Shown here: in pieces, positions 18,244-27,508 of the stretch
Layout: each line of letters starts with the position of its first letter
Position numbering within the stretch: position 1 is the stretch's first letter
NCBI RefSeq assembly: GCF_965657785.1
Contig: NZ_CBFHPP010000002.1
Coordinates: 117,974-181,973 of the forward strand
Source: Lentibacter sp.
GTDB lineage: Bacteria > Pseudomonadota > Alphaproteobacteria > Rhodobacterales > Rhodobacteraceae
Direction of reading: 5' to 3'
Length of the DNA stretch: 64,000 bases
Notes under the pieces: model-generated
Databases searched by the model: none
Seen by the model: the letters and a program-made list of their open reading frames with translations, nothing else
What the model was told of the DNA's origin: nothing
Program-made: the position numbers and the translations under genes

Positions 18244-19017
18244 TTAGGCGAGAGCTTTGATCAGCTCGGCGTGGAGGCCAGTGCTTGAGGCGACGACGCC
18301 GTTTGAGGCGGGGTCTGTTTTGTTGAAGCTGAGGGCCTTGCCTTTTCGGTCCGTGACCTTGGCGCCTGCTTCTGTGATGAGGAGGGCGCCAGCGGCGATA
18401 TCCCATTCCCATGAGCGGCGCAGGGTGAGCATTCCGTCATAGCGGCCTTCGGCGACCAGCGCGAGGCGGTAGGCCAGTGAGGGGCGATAGGCGCGTTTGA
18501 GATCGGGGGGAGCGCTTTTCCAATGATGTGGCTCAAAGGCGGGGCGGGCGGCGAGAAGCTCTGCGCCTGACAGCGCGCTGCGTTTTGACGCGGTGATGGG
18601 TGCGCCATTGAGGGTTGCGCCTTTTCCTTTTGCGGCGGCGTAGAGCTTTTGGCGCAGGGGCAGATAGACCACGGCCGCGACAGGCAGGCCGTTTTCGACC
18701 ACGGCGATCGAATGTGCCCAAGTTGTTGCGCCTTCGATGAAGCTGCGGGTTCCGTCTATGGGATCAATGACGAAAGCGCGGGTCTTGCCGAGGCGGGCCG
18801 CTGTGTCTTCGGTTTCTTCAGACAGCCAGCCATAGTCGGGACGGGCGGTTTGGAGGGTGTCTTCCAGATAGGCGTTGACGGCGAGGTCGGCCTCTGTGAC
18901 GGGGCCTGCGCCTGCGTCCTTGTCCCATTTTTTGAGGCGGTCCATGGCGAAGCCTGTGGCGATTTCGCCGGAGGTATGCGCGGCTTTTATGAGCAGCTCG
19001 AGGTCAGGATCCTGCAA
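18244..19017 (-). CDS. Inositol monophosphatase family protein (SuhB/CysQ-like)
   Basis: WLSEETED, FVIDPIDGTRSFIEG and WDIAAGALLITEAGAKV motifs are present. Confidence 0.85.
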   Translation of the reverse strand: MQDPDLELLIKAAHTSGEIATGFAMDRLKKWDKDAGAGPVTEADLAVNAYLEDTLQTARPDYGWLSEETEDTAARLGKTRAFVIDPIDGTRSFIEGATTWAHSIAVVENGLPVAAVVYLPLRQKLYAAAKGKGATLNGAPITASKRSALSGAELLAARPAFEPHHWKSAPPDLKRAYRPSLAYRLALVAEGRYDGMLTLRRSWEWDIAAGALLITEAGAKVTDRKGKALSFNKTDPASNGVVASSTGLHAELIKALA

Positions 19018-20368
19018 GGGTCAGCCCTTCGACGAGCAGGGAGGGCACAACGCGGGAGAGATGTGTGCGGGCGTCATTGGCGGGGGTCATGCTGCGCAGC
19101 ATATCGCGCAGGTTGCCCGCAATTGTGACTTCGTTGACGGCGTGGATGATCTCGCCGTTCTGGACCCAGAAGCCTGATGCGCCGCGGGAATAGTCGCCTG
19201 TGTTGGGATTGATTGTGGAACCGATCAGCGAGGTCACAAGGAAGCCTGTGCCCATGTCGCGCAGAAGCGCTTCGCGGGTGTCTGTGCCTTGGGTGAGGGC
19301 GATGTTCCAGACGCTGGGCGAGGGTGCGCTGCCTGTGCCGCGCGCGGCGTTGGCTGTGCTTTGCAACCCGAGTTTGCGCGCGTTGGCAAGATCAAGTGTC
19401 CAGCCCTCAAGCACGCCGTTGCGGACGATATGGCGGGGGGCCGTGGGCAGGCCTTCGGCATCAAACGGGCGCGAGGCCGAGGTACGCGGGCGGTGCGGAT
19501 CTTCCAGAATGGAAAGATGTTTGGGCAGAACCTCTTCGCCCAGAGCGTCGCGCAGCCATGAGGAGCCGCGCGCGACCATTGCGCCATTTACCGCGGCGAG
19601 GAGGTGGCCCACGAGGGTGCTTGAGATGCGCTCGTCAAACAGGACGGGGTAGCTGCCTGTCTTAGGCTTTTTGGGGTTGAGCCGCTCGACGGCACGGGCG
19701 GCGGCGAGGGCGCCGATCTCCTCTGCGGAGCGCAGATCGGCCTGAAAGATGCGACCGTCGCCGTCATAGTCGCGCTCCATCTGAAGGCCTGTGCCTGCGA
19801 TGGCGACGCAAGAGAGCGAACGCGAGGAGCGCTGGTAGCCGCCAGAAAAGCCTGTGCTTGTGGCGAGCTGGACTGTGGTTTGGGAATAGCTTGCGCTGGC
19901 GGATTGGACCTGACTGATGCCCTTGTTTGCCAGTGCTGCCGCTTCGGCGCGGCGGGCGTCTTCCTGTAGCGCGTCGGGGCTTGGCTCGGGGGTATCGTCA
20001 TAAAGCTCGAAGGCGGCGATATCCCACGATGTGGCCAGCGCGTCGCGCGCGGCAAGGCCTATGTAGGGGTCTTCGGGCGCTTCATGGGCCATGGCGACGG
20101 CGCGCTCGGCGACTTGGGCGATGGCTTCGGGGCGGGTGTCGGAGGAGGAGACCATGGCCTGACGCTGCCCGACCATGACGCGCAGGCCGAGGTCTGTCCC
20201 TTCGGCGCGCTCGGCCTGTTCGAGCTTGCCCTGGCGGATATCAAGCGAGACAGAGCGGCCTTCAAGGGTGATGACATCGGCGCTGTCGGCGCCGGCTTTG
20301 AGCGCGGCGGCGAGAGCGGATTGGGCGAGGGCTTCCAGCGTGTTTTTCATGAGACTGTTGTGGGCCAT
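19004..20368 (-). CDS. pmbA: TldD/PmbA family metalloprotease (PmbA-like)
   Basis: The 454-aa ORF has the C-terminal PmbA_TldD block NPNTGDYSRGASGFWVQNGEI. Confidence 0.85.
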   Translation of the reverse strand: MAHNSLMKNTLEALAQSALAAALKAGADSADVITLEGRSVSLDIRQGKLEQAERAEGTDLGLRVMVGQRQAMVSSSDTRPEAIAQVAERAVAMAHEAPEDPYIGLAARDALATSWDIAAFELYDDTPEPSPDALQEDARRAEAAALANKGISQVQSASASYSQTTVQLATSTGFSGGYQRSSRSLSCVAIAGTGLQMERDYDGDGRIFQADLRSAEEIGALAAARAVERLNPKKPKTGSYPVLFDERISSTLVGHLLAAVNGAMVARGSSWLRDALGEEVLPKHLSILEDPHRPRTSASRPFDAEGLPTAPRHIVRNGVLEGWTLDLANARKLGLQSTANAARGTGSAPSPSVWNIALTQGTDTREALLRDMGTGFLVTSLIGSTINPNTGDYSRGASGFWVQNGEIIHAVNEVTIAGNLRDMLRSMTPANDARTHLSRVVPSLLVEGLTLAGS

Positions 20369-20401
20369 AAGCGGTGCGCGTTCAAGTCACGACTGCGTTT
20401 C

Positions 20402-21109
20402 TCAGGCGGCGAGGGCGGCGAGCCAGAGATCGTCTATGGTGTCGAGCTTTTGCGGCGAGAACGGCGTTTTGCTGTCCCAATAGCGGCCTGAGGGGACGTG
20501 GTAGGCGAGTTTTTCCTCCTCGGCTTTTACAGACTGGAAGGCCTCGGCATCTGGGAGGACGGCCTCTGTTTCAAAGGCTTCGGGCGTTGCAGTGGGAAAA
20601 ACCAGCCGGCTTTCGGGCGTGTCGGCGCGCAGGCAGGCGCAGCCTTGGGCGGCGGCGTGGAGCATGAGGCGGGCCGATTTGGCCTCAAGATTGCGCAGGG
20701 AAATATCGTCTCGCAGCGGGTCTGCTGTGCCTGTGCCGTAGAAATGTGTGCGCTTGTCTTGTGGGTAGATCATATCGCAGCCGACAAAGAGCATGGCGGA
20801 GGGCTTGAGCGCGGCGAGCGCCCAATAACCTGCTGTGAAGGCCATTGTGCCGCCCGCATAGAGGATGCCGCCGTAGCGGTTGTTGGCGGGGACATAGGCG
20901 GAGGATGTTACGCGCATCTGGCCTGCCTGGAGAGCTTGGGGCGCGCGCTCGCGGGGGAAATCGTCGGGCGCGATGTGGTGGGTCCAGTCGGGGCGGACCT
21001 GCCATGCGTTATTGATCGCGACGATGGCAGAAAAGCGGGAGCGGGGCCAAGCGGCGCAGGCGGTGACATTTGGAGCGCTGCCCATGATGAGAACCGGTTT
21101 GTCAGGCAT
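20402..21109 (-). CDS. Hypothetical protein (Rossmann-like; weak resemblance to DUF115 / GT42-type nucleotide-sugar enzymes)
   Basis: The 235-aa ORF has VLIMGSAPN...AINNAW...GGTMAFTAGYWALAALKPSAMLFVGCDM. The order of small motifs recalls the GNGPS...N...G.D pattern of DUF115/Cst-type enzymes. This is similarity by eye only. Confidence 0.4.
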   Translation of the reverse strand: MPDKPVLIMGSAPNVTACAAWPRSRFSAIVAINNAWQVRPDWTHHIAPDDFPRERAPQALQAGQMRVTSSAYVPANNRYGGILYAGGTMAFTAGYWALAALKPSAMLFVGCDMIYPQDKRTHFYGTGTADPLRDDISLRNLEAKSARLMLHAAAQGCACLRADTPESRLVFPTATPEAFETEAVLPDAEAFQSVKAEEEKLAYHVPSGRYWDSKTPFSPQKLDTIDDLWLAALAA

Positions 21110-21181
21110 TTGATCGCCCCTGTCAGTTGCAATTGCAAGCTATACAGGAGCGACGCCCCGCAGGATCACTTTTAGCTTGTG

Positions 21182-22699
21182 TTAGCGCAGGCGCTGGCCG
21201 TTGGCGAGGACGTGGCCTTGCTCGGTCACCTCGATTTTGGAGGTGAGTGTATCGGGGGTTTCGCTTGGGATGGTAAAGAGGCCCATCATCATGCGCGCGC
21301 CCATGGCTTGGTCTTCGGGGAGCAGGCCCATGGCGACGAGCTTGTCTATGAGGCCGTTGCCGCCGACGAGCTTGAGATCAACCGCGCCGACGGGTTTGGG
21401 CACGCCTGCAAATGTCCGGGTGTCGGTGTTGTCGATCTGGAACGCGCCTGTGCCTGTGAGGGAGGCACCTGCGGCGGAAAGCTCAAGCGCGTTGAGGGTC
21501 ACGGAGTTCACTTCGCCGGGGCTTTGCGCGCCCGCTTCAAGCGCGGCGATGCTGTCTGGATCGAGCATATCAAAGAGGAGTTTTGCTTTGCCCGAGAGGT
21601 CTATGTGCAGCGTGGCGGGATTTCGGGGGAGCTGGGCTGTTGGGTCAACCATGGCCCAGAGCATTTCGGAAGTCGTGAAATTGCTCAATTCGATTTTGAA
21701 GCCGTAGTCTTGCGCTTCATCAGATGCGCTGATGGGCATTGTGAGGGCGAAGGCGCTTTTTTCGGCAGTCAGTGCGACCGGCAAGGGAAACTGGCTGTTT
21801 GTCATGGTCGAGCTGAGGGCAGTGACCTCGCCGCCATAATGCAGGCCTGCCGCGCTCATGGCGACTTTGAGGAGGCCGCTTTGGGAGGAGGATGCGCCGC
21901 TTGTTTTCTGTCCGCTTTCCGAGATTTCGAAAGTGCTGTTGCCGTTTTGATAGGCAAAGCCGCCGTCAAAAGCGAAGCCCGATGCGAGCAGGGCCGAGAT
22001 ATTTTGCGGCTTAGGGCTGCCAGCGTTCGGGTAGGCCCCTGTGCCGTTGAACGACAGCGCATTGAGCGCGCCTGTCATTTTGAAAGTTTCCAGATCGGGC
22101 GCTTTTAGATCAACCGTGTAGCTCAGCCTATCGACGGCGAAGGACTGCACAACATTGCGGATCGTGCCGAGCTTCATATTGGAGGTGCCGGTGAGGCCTG
22201 CCATGGTCATGGCGAGTGTGCCTATGTCGACAGGCTTTCCCTCGACGGTGAGATTGGCAAGGCTCATATCAAGCGTGGCGGCTGATGTGTCGTAAGTCAT
22301 GTCGTCGGGGGTGCCCGAGACGATGAGGGAGAGGTCTGTTGTGTCGTAGGTAAGGGTTCCTGCGAGCTCGCTTTCGCCGTCTGAGACCATGTTGAAGGCC
22401 ATTGGAAGTCTGTCTGGCACGGTGATCTGGACTGTGCCGTCAGCGAGGCTGGTGAAGGACATCGCGCCCATATCCAGCGTGATCTGGCTGTTTTGCTCTG
22501 GCAGCGGAATCGTAAGTGTGAGGTCCGAGACTGTCAGCCTGTCGCCTGATGTGGCCTCGGCGCCTTGGACGCTATAGCCGAAGCCCTGAATGTAGCTCTT
22601 CCAGTCCATCCAGACATCTTGCGCTTTGAGATCGGCCAAGGCGGTTGTGGCTGTGAGGGCAAAGGCGGCGCTGCTGAGGAGCAAGGGGCGGAGAAACAT
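21182..22699 (-). CDS. DUF2125-like periplasmic protein
   Basis: A signal peptide (MFLRPLLLSSAAFALTATTALA) precedes a long, repetitive beta-rich body, as in alphaproteobacterial DUF2125 proteins. I prefer ATG 22699 over the track start 22783. Confidence 0.55.
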   Translation of the reverse strand: MFLRPLLLSSAAFALTATTALADLKAQDVWMDWKSYIQGFGYSVQGAEATSGDRLTVSDLTLTIPLPEQNSQITLDMGAMSFTSLADGTVQITVPDRLPMAFNMVSDGESELAGTLTYDTTDLSLIVSGTPDDMTYDTSAATLDMSLANLTVEGKPVDIGTLAMTMAGLTGTSNMKLGTIRNVVQSFAVDRLSYTVDLKAPDLETFKMTGALNALSFNGTGAYPNAGSPKPQNISALLASGFAFDGGFAYQNGNSTFEISESGQKTSGASSSQSGLLKVAMSAAGLHYGGEVTALSSTMTNSQFPLPVALTAEKSAFALTMPISASDEAQDYGFKIELSNFTTSEMLWAMVDPTAQLPRNPATLHIDLSGKAKLLFDMLDPDSIAALEAGAQSPGEVNSVTLNALELSAAGASLTGTGAFQIDNTDTRTFAGVPKPVGAVDLKLVGGNGLIDKLVAMGLLPEDQAMGARMMMGLFTIPSETPDTLTSKIEVTEQGHVLANGQRLR

Positions 22700-22821
22700 G
22701 AAAAACCTTTCGGGGAATACGATCTGCTTAATGTTGTGGGCGCGAGGCGGCAGGTCAAGGGGGATGCTGCTGGACCTTAGCATATCAGCAGATTACCACT
22801 GTTGGGAAACAGGAGGATGAC

Positions 22822-23574
22822 ATGAGTGATGTAACTGGCAAGACTGTGCTGATCACGGGCGCGAGCCGCGGGATTGGCGAGGCCACGGCGCGGCTTTTTG
22901 CGCGCGAAGGGGCCAATGTTGTTTTGACGGCGCGCAGCGAAGCGGTGATTGACGAGATCGCGCTTGATATTGGCGAAAACGCTATGGCGATTGCCTGTGA
23001 CGTCTCCAGATACGGCGATATGCGCGACGCTGTGGAGCACGCCATCGGGCGGTTTGGCAGCCTTGATATCCTGATTGGCAACGCCGGCGTGATCGAGCCT
23101 GTGGCGATGCTGGCAGAGAGCGACCCCGAGGCATGGGGCGCGGCCATCGATATCAACCTCAAGGGGGTGTATCACGGGATGCGCGCGGCAATGCCGCATA
23201 TGCTCAAGCAAGGTCACGGCACGATCATCACCATCAGCTCTGGTGCGGCGCATAATGCGCTTGACGGCTGGAGCCACTATTGCGCCTCCAAGGCGGGGGC
23301 CGCCATGATGACCAAGGCCGCCCATGTGGAAGGCGCGGCACAGGGGCTGCGCGTGATGGGGCTTTCGCCCGGAACTGTGGCGACGCAAATGCAGCGCGAA
23401 ATCAAGGCGAGCGGTGTAAACCCCGTCAGTGAAATGAACTGGGAAGATCATATCCCTGCCGAGTGGCCTGCGCGCACGCTTCTCTGGATGTGCAGTGCGG
23501 CGGCGGACCCGTTTCTGGGGCAGGAACTGGCCCTGCGCGACGAGGGGCTGCGCAAGGCGGTGGGCCTGATATGA
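22822..23574 (+). CDS. SDR family oxidoreductase
   Basis: TGASRGIGEA (TGxxxGxG) and the catalytic YCASKAGAAMM (YxxxK) are present. Confidence 0.9.
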   Translation: MSDVTGKTVLITGASRGIGEATARLFAREGANVVLTARSEAVIDEIALDIGENAMAIACDVSRYGDMRDAVEHAIGRFGSLDILIGNAGVIEPVAMLAESDPEAWGAAIDINLKGVYHGMRAAMPHMLKQGHGTIITISSGAAHNALDGWSHYCASKAGAAMMTKAAHVEGAAQGLRVMGLSPGTVATQMQREIKASGVNPVSEMNWEDHIPAEWPARTLLWMCSAAADPFLGQELALRDEGLRKAVGLI

Positions 23575-24176
23575 TCACATTGACAAAAGACGATGCCTTC
23601 TGGGTTGTGTCTCTAAACCGCCCTGAAAAGGCCAATTCGCTCACGGCTGCCATGCTGGAAGAGCTTTGCGAAACCATTGAGGGCGCGAGTGCGGCACGGG
23701 TGCTTGTGCTGACGGGCGAGGGGAAGGTTTTCTCGGCCGGGGCCGACCTTGACGAGGCGCGCGCAGGGCTTGCGACCTCTCCTTTGTGGGAGCGGCTTTC
23801 GAGCGCTGTGGCGGCCTTTGAAGGCCTCAGTATTGCCGCGCTCAACGGCACGCTGGCAGGCGGCGCTATGGGTATGGCGCTTGCTTGTGACATCAGACTG
23901 GCCGTGCCGAGCGCGAAATTTTTCTATCCTGTGATGAAGCTCGGCTTTTTGCCACAGCCTTCTGATCCTGCGCGGATGAGCGCGCTGATCGGGCCTGCGC
24001 GCACCAAGCTTGTCTTGATGGGCGGTCAAAAGATCATGGCAGAGGAGGCGCTTGCCTTTGGTTTGATCGACCGCATTGTTGCGCCCGAGGCGCTCATGGA
24101 TCAGGCGCGAGAGCTTGCGGCTCACGTGCTGGCGGCAAAGCCTGAGATTGTCTTGGGGATCAAGCGGATGATCTGA
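23571..24176 (+). CDS. Enoyl-CoA hydratase/isomerase family protein
   Basis: The ORF begins MITLTKDDAFWVVSLNRPEKANSL and contains VLTGEGKVFSAGADLDE. ATG 23571 overlaps the SDR stop (ATGA), and I prefer it to the track start 23463. Confidence 0.85.
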   Translation: MITLTKDDAFWVVSLNRPEKANSLTAAMLEELCETIEGASAARVLVLTGEGKVFSAGADLDEARAGLATSPLWERLSSAVAAFEGLSIAALNGTLAGGAMGMALACDIRLAVPSAKFFYPVMKLGFLPQPSDPARMSALIGPARTKLVLMGGQKIMAEEALAFGLIDRIVAPEALMDQARELAAHVLAAKPEIVLGIKRMI

Positions 24177-24525
24177 TCCAAGCCTGCGCTTCGTCAAGGT
24201 CTGCGAGATCAAACATACGCAATTTTGTCGACATGAAATACCCCGCCGCTTTGGTAAAGGGGCTGATCCAACCGAGATCGGAGACAACAGCGACGCGGTT
24301 GATGTGTTTGAGATTTGCGATGTCAAACTTGAGGCCAGGCCAGATTATGGACGGCTCAAAGCCTGACAGGCTCTCTATCACTTCGATGAAGTTGATGCTG
24401 CCATGCTTGTCTATAAAGGCTTGAATGGGGACCATCACCGCGTCGTAATCGTCTCGGGTTATCTTGCCAGACACGGTGATCATGGCCGTTTTGGTGCTGT
24501 CGTCTTCCGAGTATGTCAGGGTCAT
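24160..24525 (-). CDS. STAS/SEC14-like (SpoIIAA-like, DUF3478) protein
   Basis: The 121-aa ORF has the pattern ITVSGKITRDDYDAVMVPIQAFIDKHGSINFIEVI...RVAVVSD, typical of this family. Confidence 0.55.
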   Translation of the reverse strand: MTLTYSEDDSTKTAMITVSGKITRDDYDAVMVPIQAFIDKHGSINFIEVIESLSGFEPSIIWPGLKFDIANLKHINRVAVVSDLGWISPFTKAAGYFMSTKLRMFDLADLDEAQAWIRSSA

Positions 24526-24598
24526 TGTGAACTCTCCTTATAATCTCTCAAGTCTACAGCACGTTTGGATGCGTTACTTTGCGCTCGCGCAAACCGGC

Positions 24599-24898
24599 TT
24601 ATCGGCTGCGGCGCTTGCCCGGAGTTTTTGATTTGAAGTCGGGCGGGCGCTTTGCGACCCAGCGGATGAACTTCTCCAGCCGTGGATGCGCGCGCAGGGC
24701 CTCGGGCGTGTTATAGCTGCGCGCCAGTTCTGTTTCGCTCAAGGAGGCATGGATTTCGTTGTGGCAGATCTGATGGAGGAGCACCGTTTCGCCGCCTTTG
24801 CCGCCACGCAGGCGCGGGATCAGGTGATGCCGGCTTTGCGGCACGCCCGCAGGAATAGGGCGGAGGCAGATCGGACAGATCGGATCGGGCGTTTCCAT
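24599..24898 (-). CDS. Small HNH endonuclease-domain protein
   Basis: The 99-aa ORF has CPICLRPI...HHLIPR...LHQICHNEIH (an HNH motif with CxxC). Confidence 0.75.
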   Translation of the reverse strand: METPDPICPICLRPIPAGVPQSRHHLIPRLRGGKGGETVLLHQICHNEIHASLSETELARSYNTPEALRAHPRLEKFIRWVAKRPPDFKSKTPGKRRSR

Positions 24899-24974
24899 TG
24901 CGTTGCTCAGTTGTCAAAAGGGGCCGAAAGAGGCATTAGGGTTTTGTTTAACCCAGTTGGTAAGGGATGTAGAG

Positions 24975-26288
24975 ATGGACGGGCAACCGGAGATCATCAA
25001 AACGGCGTTGGTTTATGCCGAACAAGGCTGGACTTTGGCGCAGAGCTGGCTTTTGAGCCCTGCGGCGTGGTCGCAATTTGGCCTTCTGATATTGGCTTAT
25101 GTTTTGGCTGTGATTGTGACACGGCGGCTGCGCCCCAAGCTTGCGCAGCTTTTGACGCCCGATGCCGCGCAGCAAAATATGCTGGCCAGCGGGCGGCGCT
25201 GGCTTTTGATGTTTGTGCCGCTGATCCTGCCGCTTCTGGCCTATGTCTTTACGGCGGTGGGCGAAAGCGTGGTGCGCTCGCTGTTTGACTCAGGCGCTGT
25301 GATTGCCTTTGGCAAGCGTGTGTTTCTCTTCCTTGCGGCGCGCACATTGGTCAATGAGGCGCTGCGCGATCCGTTTCTGAAACTGCTCGGGCGCTATGTG
25401 CTTGTCCCTGTGATGGCGCTTTATGCTGTTGGCTTGCTTGATCTGGTCAGTTTGAAGCTGACCGAAACCGTGATCGGCCTTGGCAATATCAGCTTCTCGC
25501 TGATGTCAGTGGTGCGCGGGCTGATTGCCGGGTCAGTGCTTTTTTGGCTGGGCCGCTGGTCTAACGACCAGTCCAATGCGTTCATCGAAAAACAACGTGA
25601 AATGCCTGCGGCGACGCGCACGCTGGCGGCGAAGGCGGCAGAGCTGCTGATCTTTAGTGTCGCCTTCCTGCTCCTGATGAACATCATGGGGATTTCGCTC
25701 ACCTCACTGGCTGTGATTGGGGGCGCGATTGGCGTCGGGCTTGGCTTTGGCTTGCAGAAGATCGCCTCAAACTTTATCTCGGGTGTGATCCTTCTGCTCG
25801 AAGGGCAGGCCACCGTGGGCGATTATGTCGCGCTTGACGGCGGCGAGGCGGGCAAGATTGTCAAAATGACGGCGCGCGCGGCCATATTAGAGACGTTTGA
25901 TGGCCGCTGGATTGTTGTTCCCAACGAAGACTTTATCATCACACGGGTGGTGAATTATTCGGATTCTGGCAGCGCCAACCGCTATGAGGCGCCCTTTTCT
26001 GTGAGCTATGACACCGACATCAATCTTGTCCCCGCGATTGTCGAGGCGGCTGTCGCGACGCACGCCAAAGTGCTCGATGCGCCCTATCCGCCTGACTGCG
26101 AGCTGCGCGGCTTTGGCGACTCTGGCGTTGATTTTGCGGTCGAGTTCTGGGTCAACGGGCTGGACGACGGCGAAAACAAATTCACATCCGATGTGCTTTT
26201 CCTGATCTGGAACGCGCTGAAAGACAACAACATCACGATCCCCTATCCCCACCGCGTGGTGGAGCTTCACGACAAGCGCGCGCCATGA
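24975..26288 (+). CDS. Mechanosensitive ion channel (MscS family)
   Basis: Multiple TM helices are followed by the MscS beta-domain block GVILLLEGQATVGDYVALDGGEAGKIVKMTARAAILETFDGRWIVVPNEDF. The start is uncertain (ATG 24975 or the track start TTG 24903). Confidence 0.85.
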   Translation: MDGQPEIIKTALVYAEQGWTLAQSWLLSPAAWSQFGLLILAYVLAVIVTRRLRPKLAQLLTPDAAQQNMLASGRRWLLMFVPLILPLLAYVFTAVGESVVRSLFDSGAVIAFGKRVFLFLAARTLVNEALRDPFLKLLGRYVLVPVMALYAVGLLDLVSLKLTETVIGLGNISFSLMSVVRGLIAGSVLFWLGRWSNDQSNAFIEKQREMPAATRTLAAKAAELLIFSVAFLLLMNIMGISLTSLAVIGGAIGVGLGFGLQKIASNFISGVILLLEGQATVGDYVALDGGEAGKIVKMTARAAILETFDGRWIVVPNEDFIITRVVNYSDSGSANRYEAPFSVSYDTDINLVPAIVEAAVATHAKVLDAPYPPDCELRGFGDSGVDFAVEFWVNGLDDGENKFTSDVLFLIWNALKDNNITIPYPHRVVELHDKRAP

Positions 26289-27415
26289 AGCAAGCTTTGG
26301 TCATAGGGGCGGGGCCTGCGGGGCTGATGGCGGCCGAAGAGCTGGCGAAAGCGGGTTTGCGCGTCACTGTGGCCGAGGCCAAGCCCTCGCCGGCGCGCAA
26401 GTTTCTCATGGCGGGAAAGTCGGGACTGAACCTGACAAAAGACGAGGCCTTTGAGGAGTTTGTCGCGGCCTATGAAACGCCCGCGCTGCGCCCGATGCTT
26501 GAGGCCTTCGGGCCAGAAGATGTGAAGCGTTGGGCCGAGGCGCTGGACCAAGAGATATTTACAGGCTCTTCCGGGCGGGTGTTCCCCAAGGCGATGAAGG
26601 CGTCCCCGCTGTTGCGGGCATGGCTCGGGCGGCTTGAGACGCTGGGTGTCGAACTCAAAACGCGCTGGCGTTGGGTCGGCGGAGCAGAGTTTGAAACGCC
26701 AGAGGGGCAGGTCAAACTCGCGCCTGATGTGACCGTCTTGGCCATGGGCGGGGCAAGTTGGGCGCGGCTTGGCTCTGATGGCGCTTGGGCCGCAGAGATG
26801 CCTGATCTGGTTGCGCCGTTTCAACCTGCCAATATGGGCTTTGCTGTGGATTGGTCGGCACATATGGCGCCGCTTTTCGGCGCGCCCGTCAAGCAGGTCG
26901 AGCTGCGCGCTGGTGGGATAAAGCACCGTGGCGAGTTTGTTGTTTCAAAGCGTGGCTTGGAGGGGGGCGGCATTTATGCGCTCTCCAAAGCCATGCGCGA
27001 GGGGGCGGCGCTCTGGCTCGATCTGATGCCAGATGTGCCCTTGGCCGATGTCGAAACACGGCTCGCCAAAGCGGGCAAACAGAGCCTGCCCAATGTGCTC
27101 AAACGCCTCAAGCTTGATCCCGTGAAGCGTGCGCTTTTCTTCGAGTTTGGCAAGGATAGAGACGGATCAACAGCAGAGAATCTCAAAAACCTGCCTCTCG
27201 TTCACACTGGCCCAAGGCCGCTTGACGAGGCGATTTCCACAGCTGGCGGCTTACGTTTTGAGGCGCTCACCGAAGGCCTCATGCTGAAGTCCCAGCCCAA
27301 TGTGTTCGCTGCAGGCGAAATGCTCGATTGGGAAGCGCCCACAGGCGGTTATCTGATCACAGCCTGCCTCGCCACAGGCAAATGGGCAGGCCAGCACGCC
27401 GCAAAGACGGCCTAG
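26285..27415 (+). CDS. BaiN/HI0933-like NAD(P)/FAD-dependent flavoprotein (TIGR03862-type)
   Basis: The N-terminal VIGAGPAGLMAAEELAKAG and PARKFLMAGKSGLNLT blocks are present. The ATG overlaps the MscS stop. Confidence 0.75.
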   Translation: MKQALVIGAGPAGLMAAEELAKAGLRVTVAEAKPSPARKFLMAGKSGLNLTKDEAFEEFVAAYETPALRPMLEAFGPEDVKRWAEALDQEIFTGSSGRVFPKAMKASPLLRAWLGRLETLGVELKTRWRWVGGAEFETPEGQVKLAPDVTVLAMGGASWARLGSDGAWAAEMPDLVAPFQPANMGFAVDWSAHMAPLFGAPVKQVELRAGGIKHRGEFVVSKRGLEGGGIYALSKAMREGAALWLDLMPDVPLADVETRLAKAGKQSLPNVLKRLKLDPVKRALFFEFGKDRDGSTAENLKNLPLVHTGPRPLDEAISTAGGLRFEALTEGLMLKSQPNVFAAGEMLDWEAPTGGYLITACLATGKWAGQHAAKTA

Positions 27416-27505
27416 TCTTTCTTTTTGCGACAAATATCCCAGGGGGAGTTTGAGGGGGACTGGTCCCCCTCAACGGGTCGGAGTGTGCGAAGCACACTTC
27501 GAAAC
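27416..27505 (-). repeat. Modular hairpin repeat, copy B (reverse orientation)
   Basis: The reverse complement reads GTTTCGA-AGTGTGC-TTC-GCACACT-CCGA, then TTGAGGGGGACCAGTCCCCCTCAA, then CCCCCTGGGATATTTGTCGCAAAAAGAAAG. It fills the gap between the flavoprotein and polA stop codons. Confidence 0.9.
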
Positions 27506-27508
27506 AGA

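Noticed and set aside
24599-24898. The small HNH endonuclease as part of a defence system, restriction system or mobile element
   Set aside because: It is a stand-alone 99-aa HNH protein with no adjacent methyltransferase, helicase, ATPase, integrase or repeat boundaries, and its composition is normal. The neighbouring STAS-like and MscS genes are unrelated housekeeping types.
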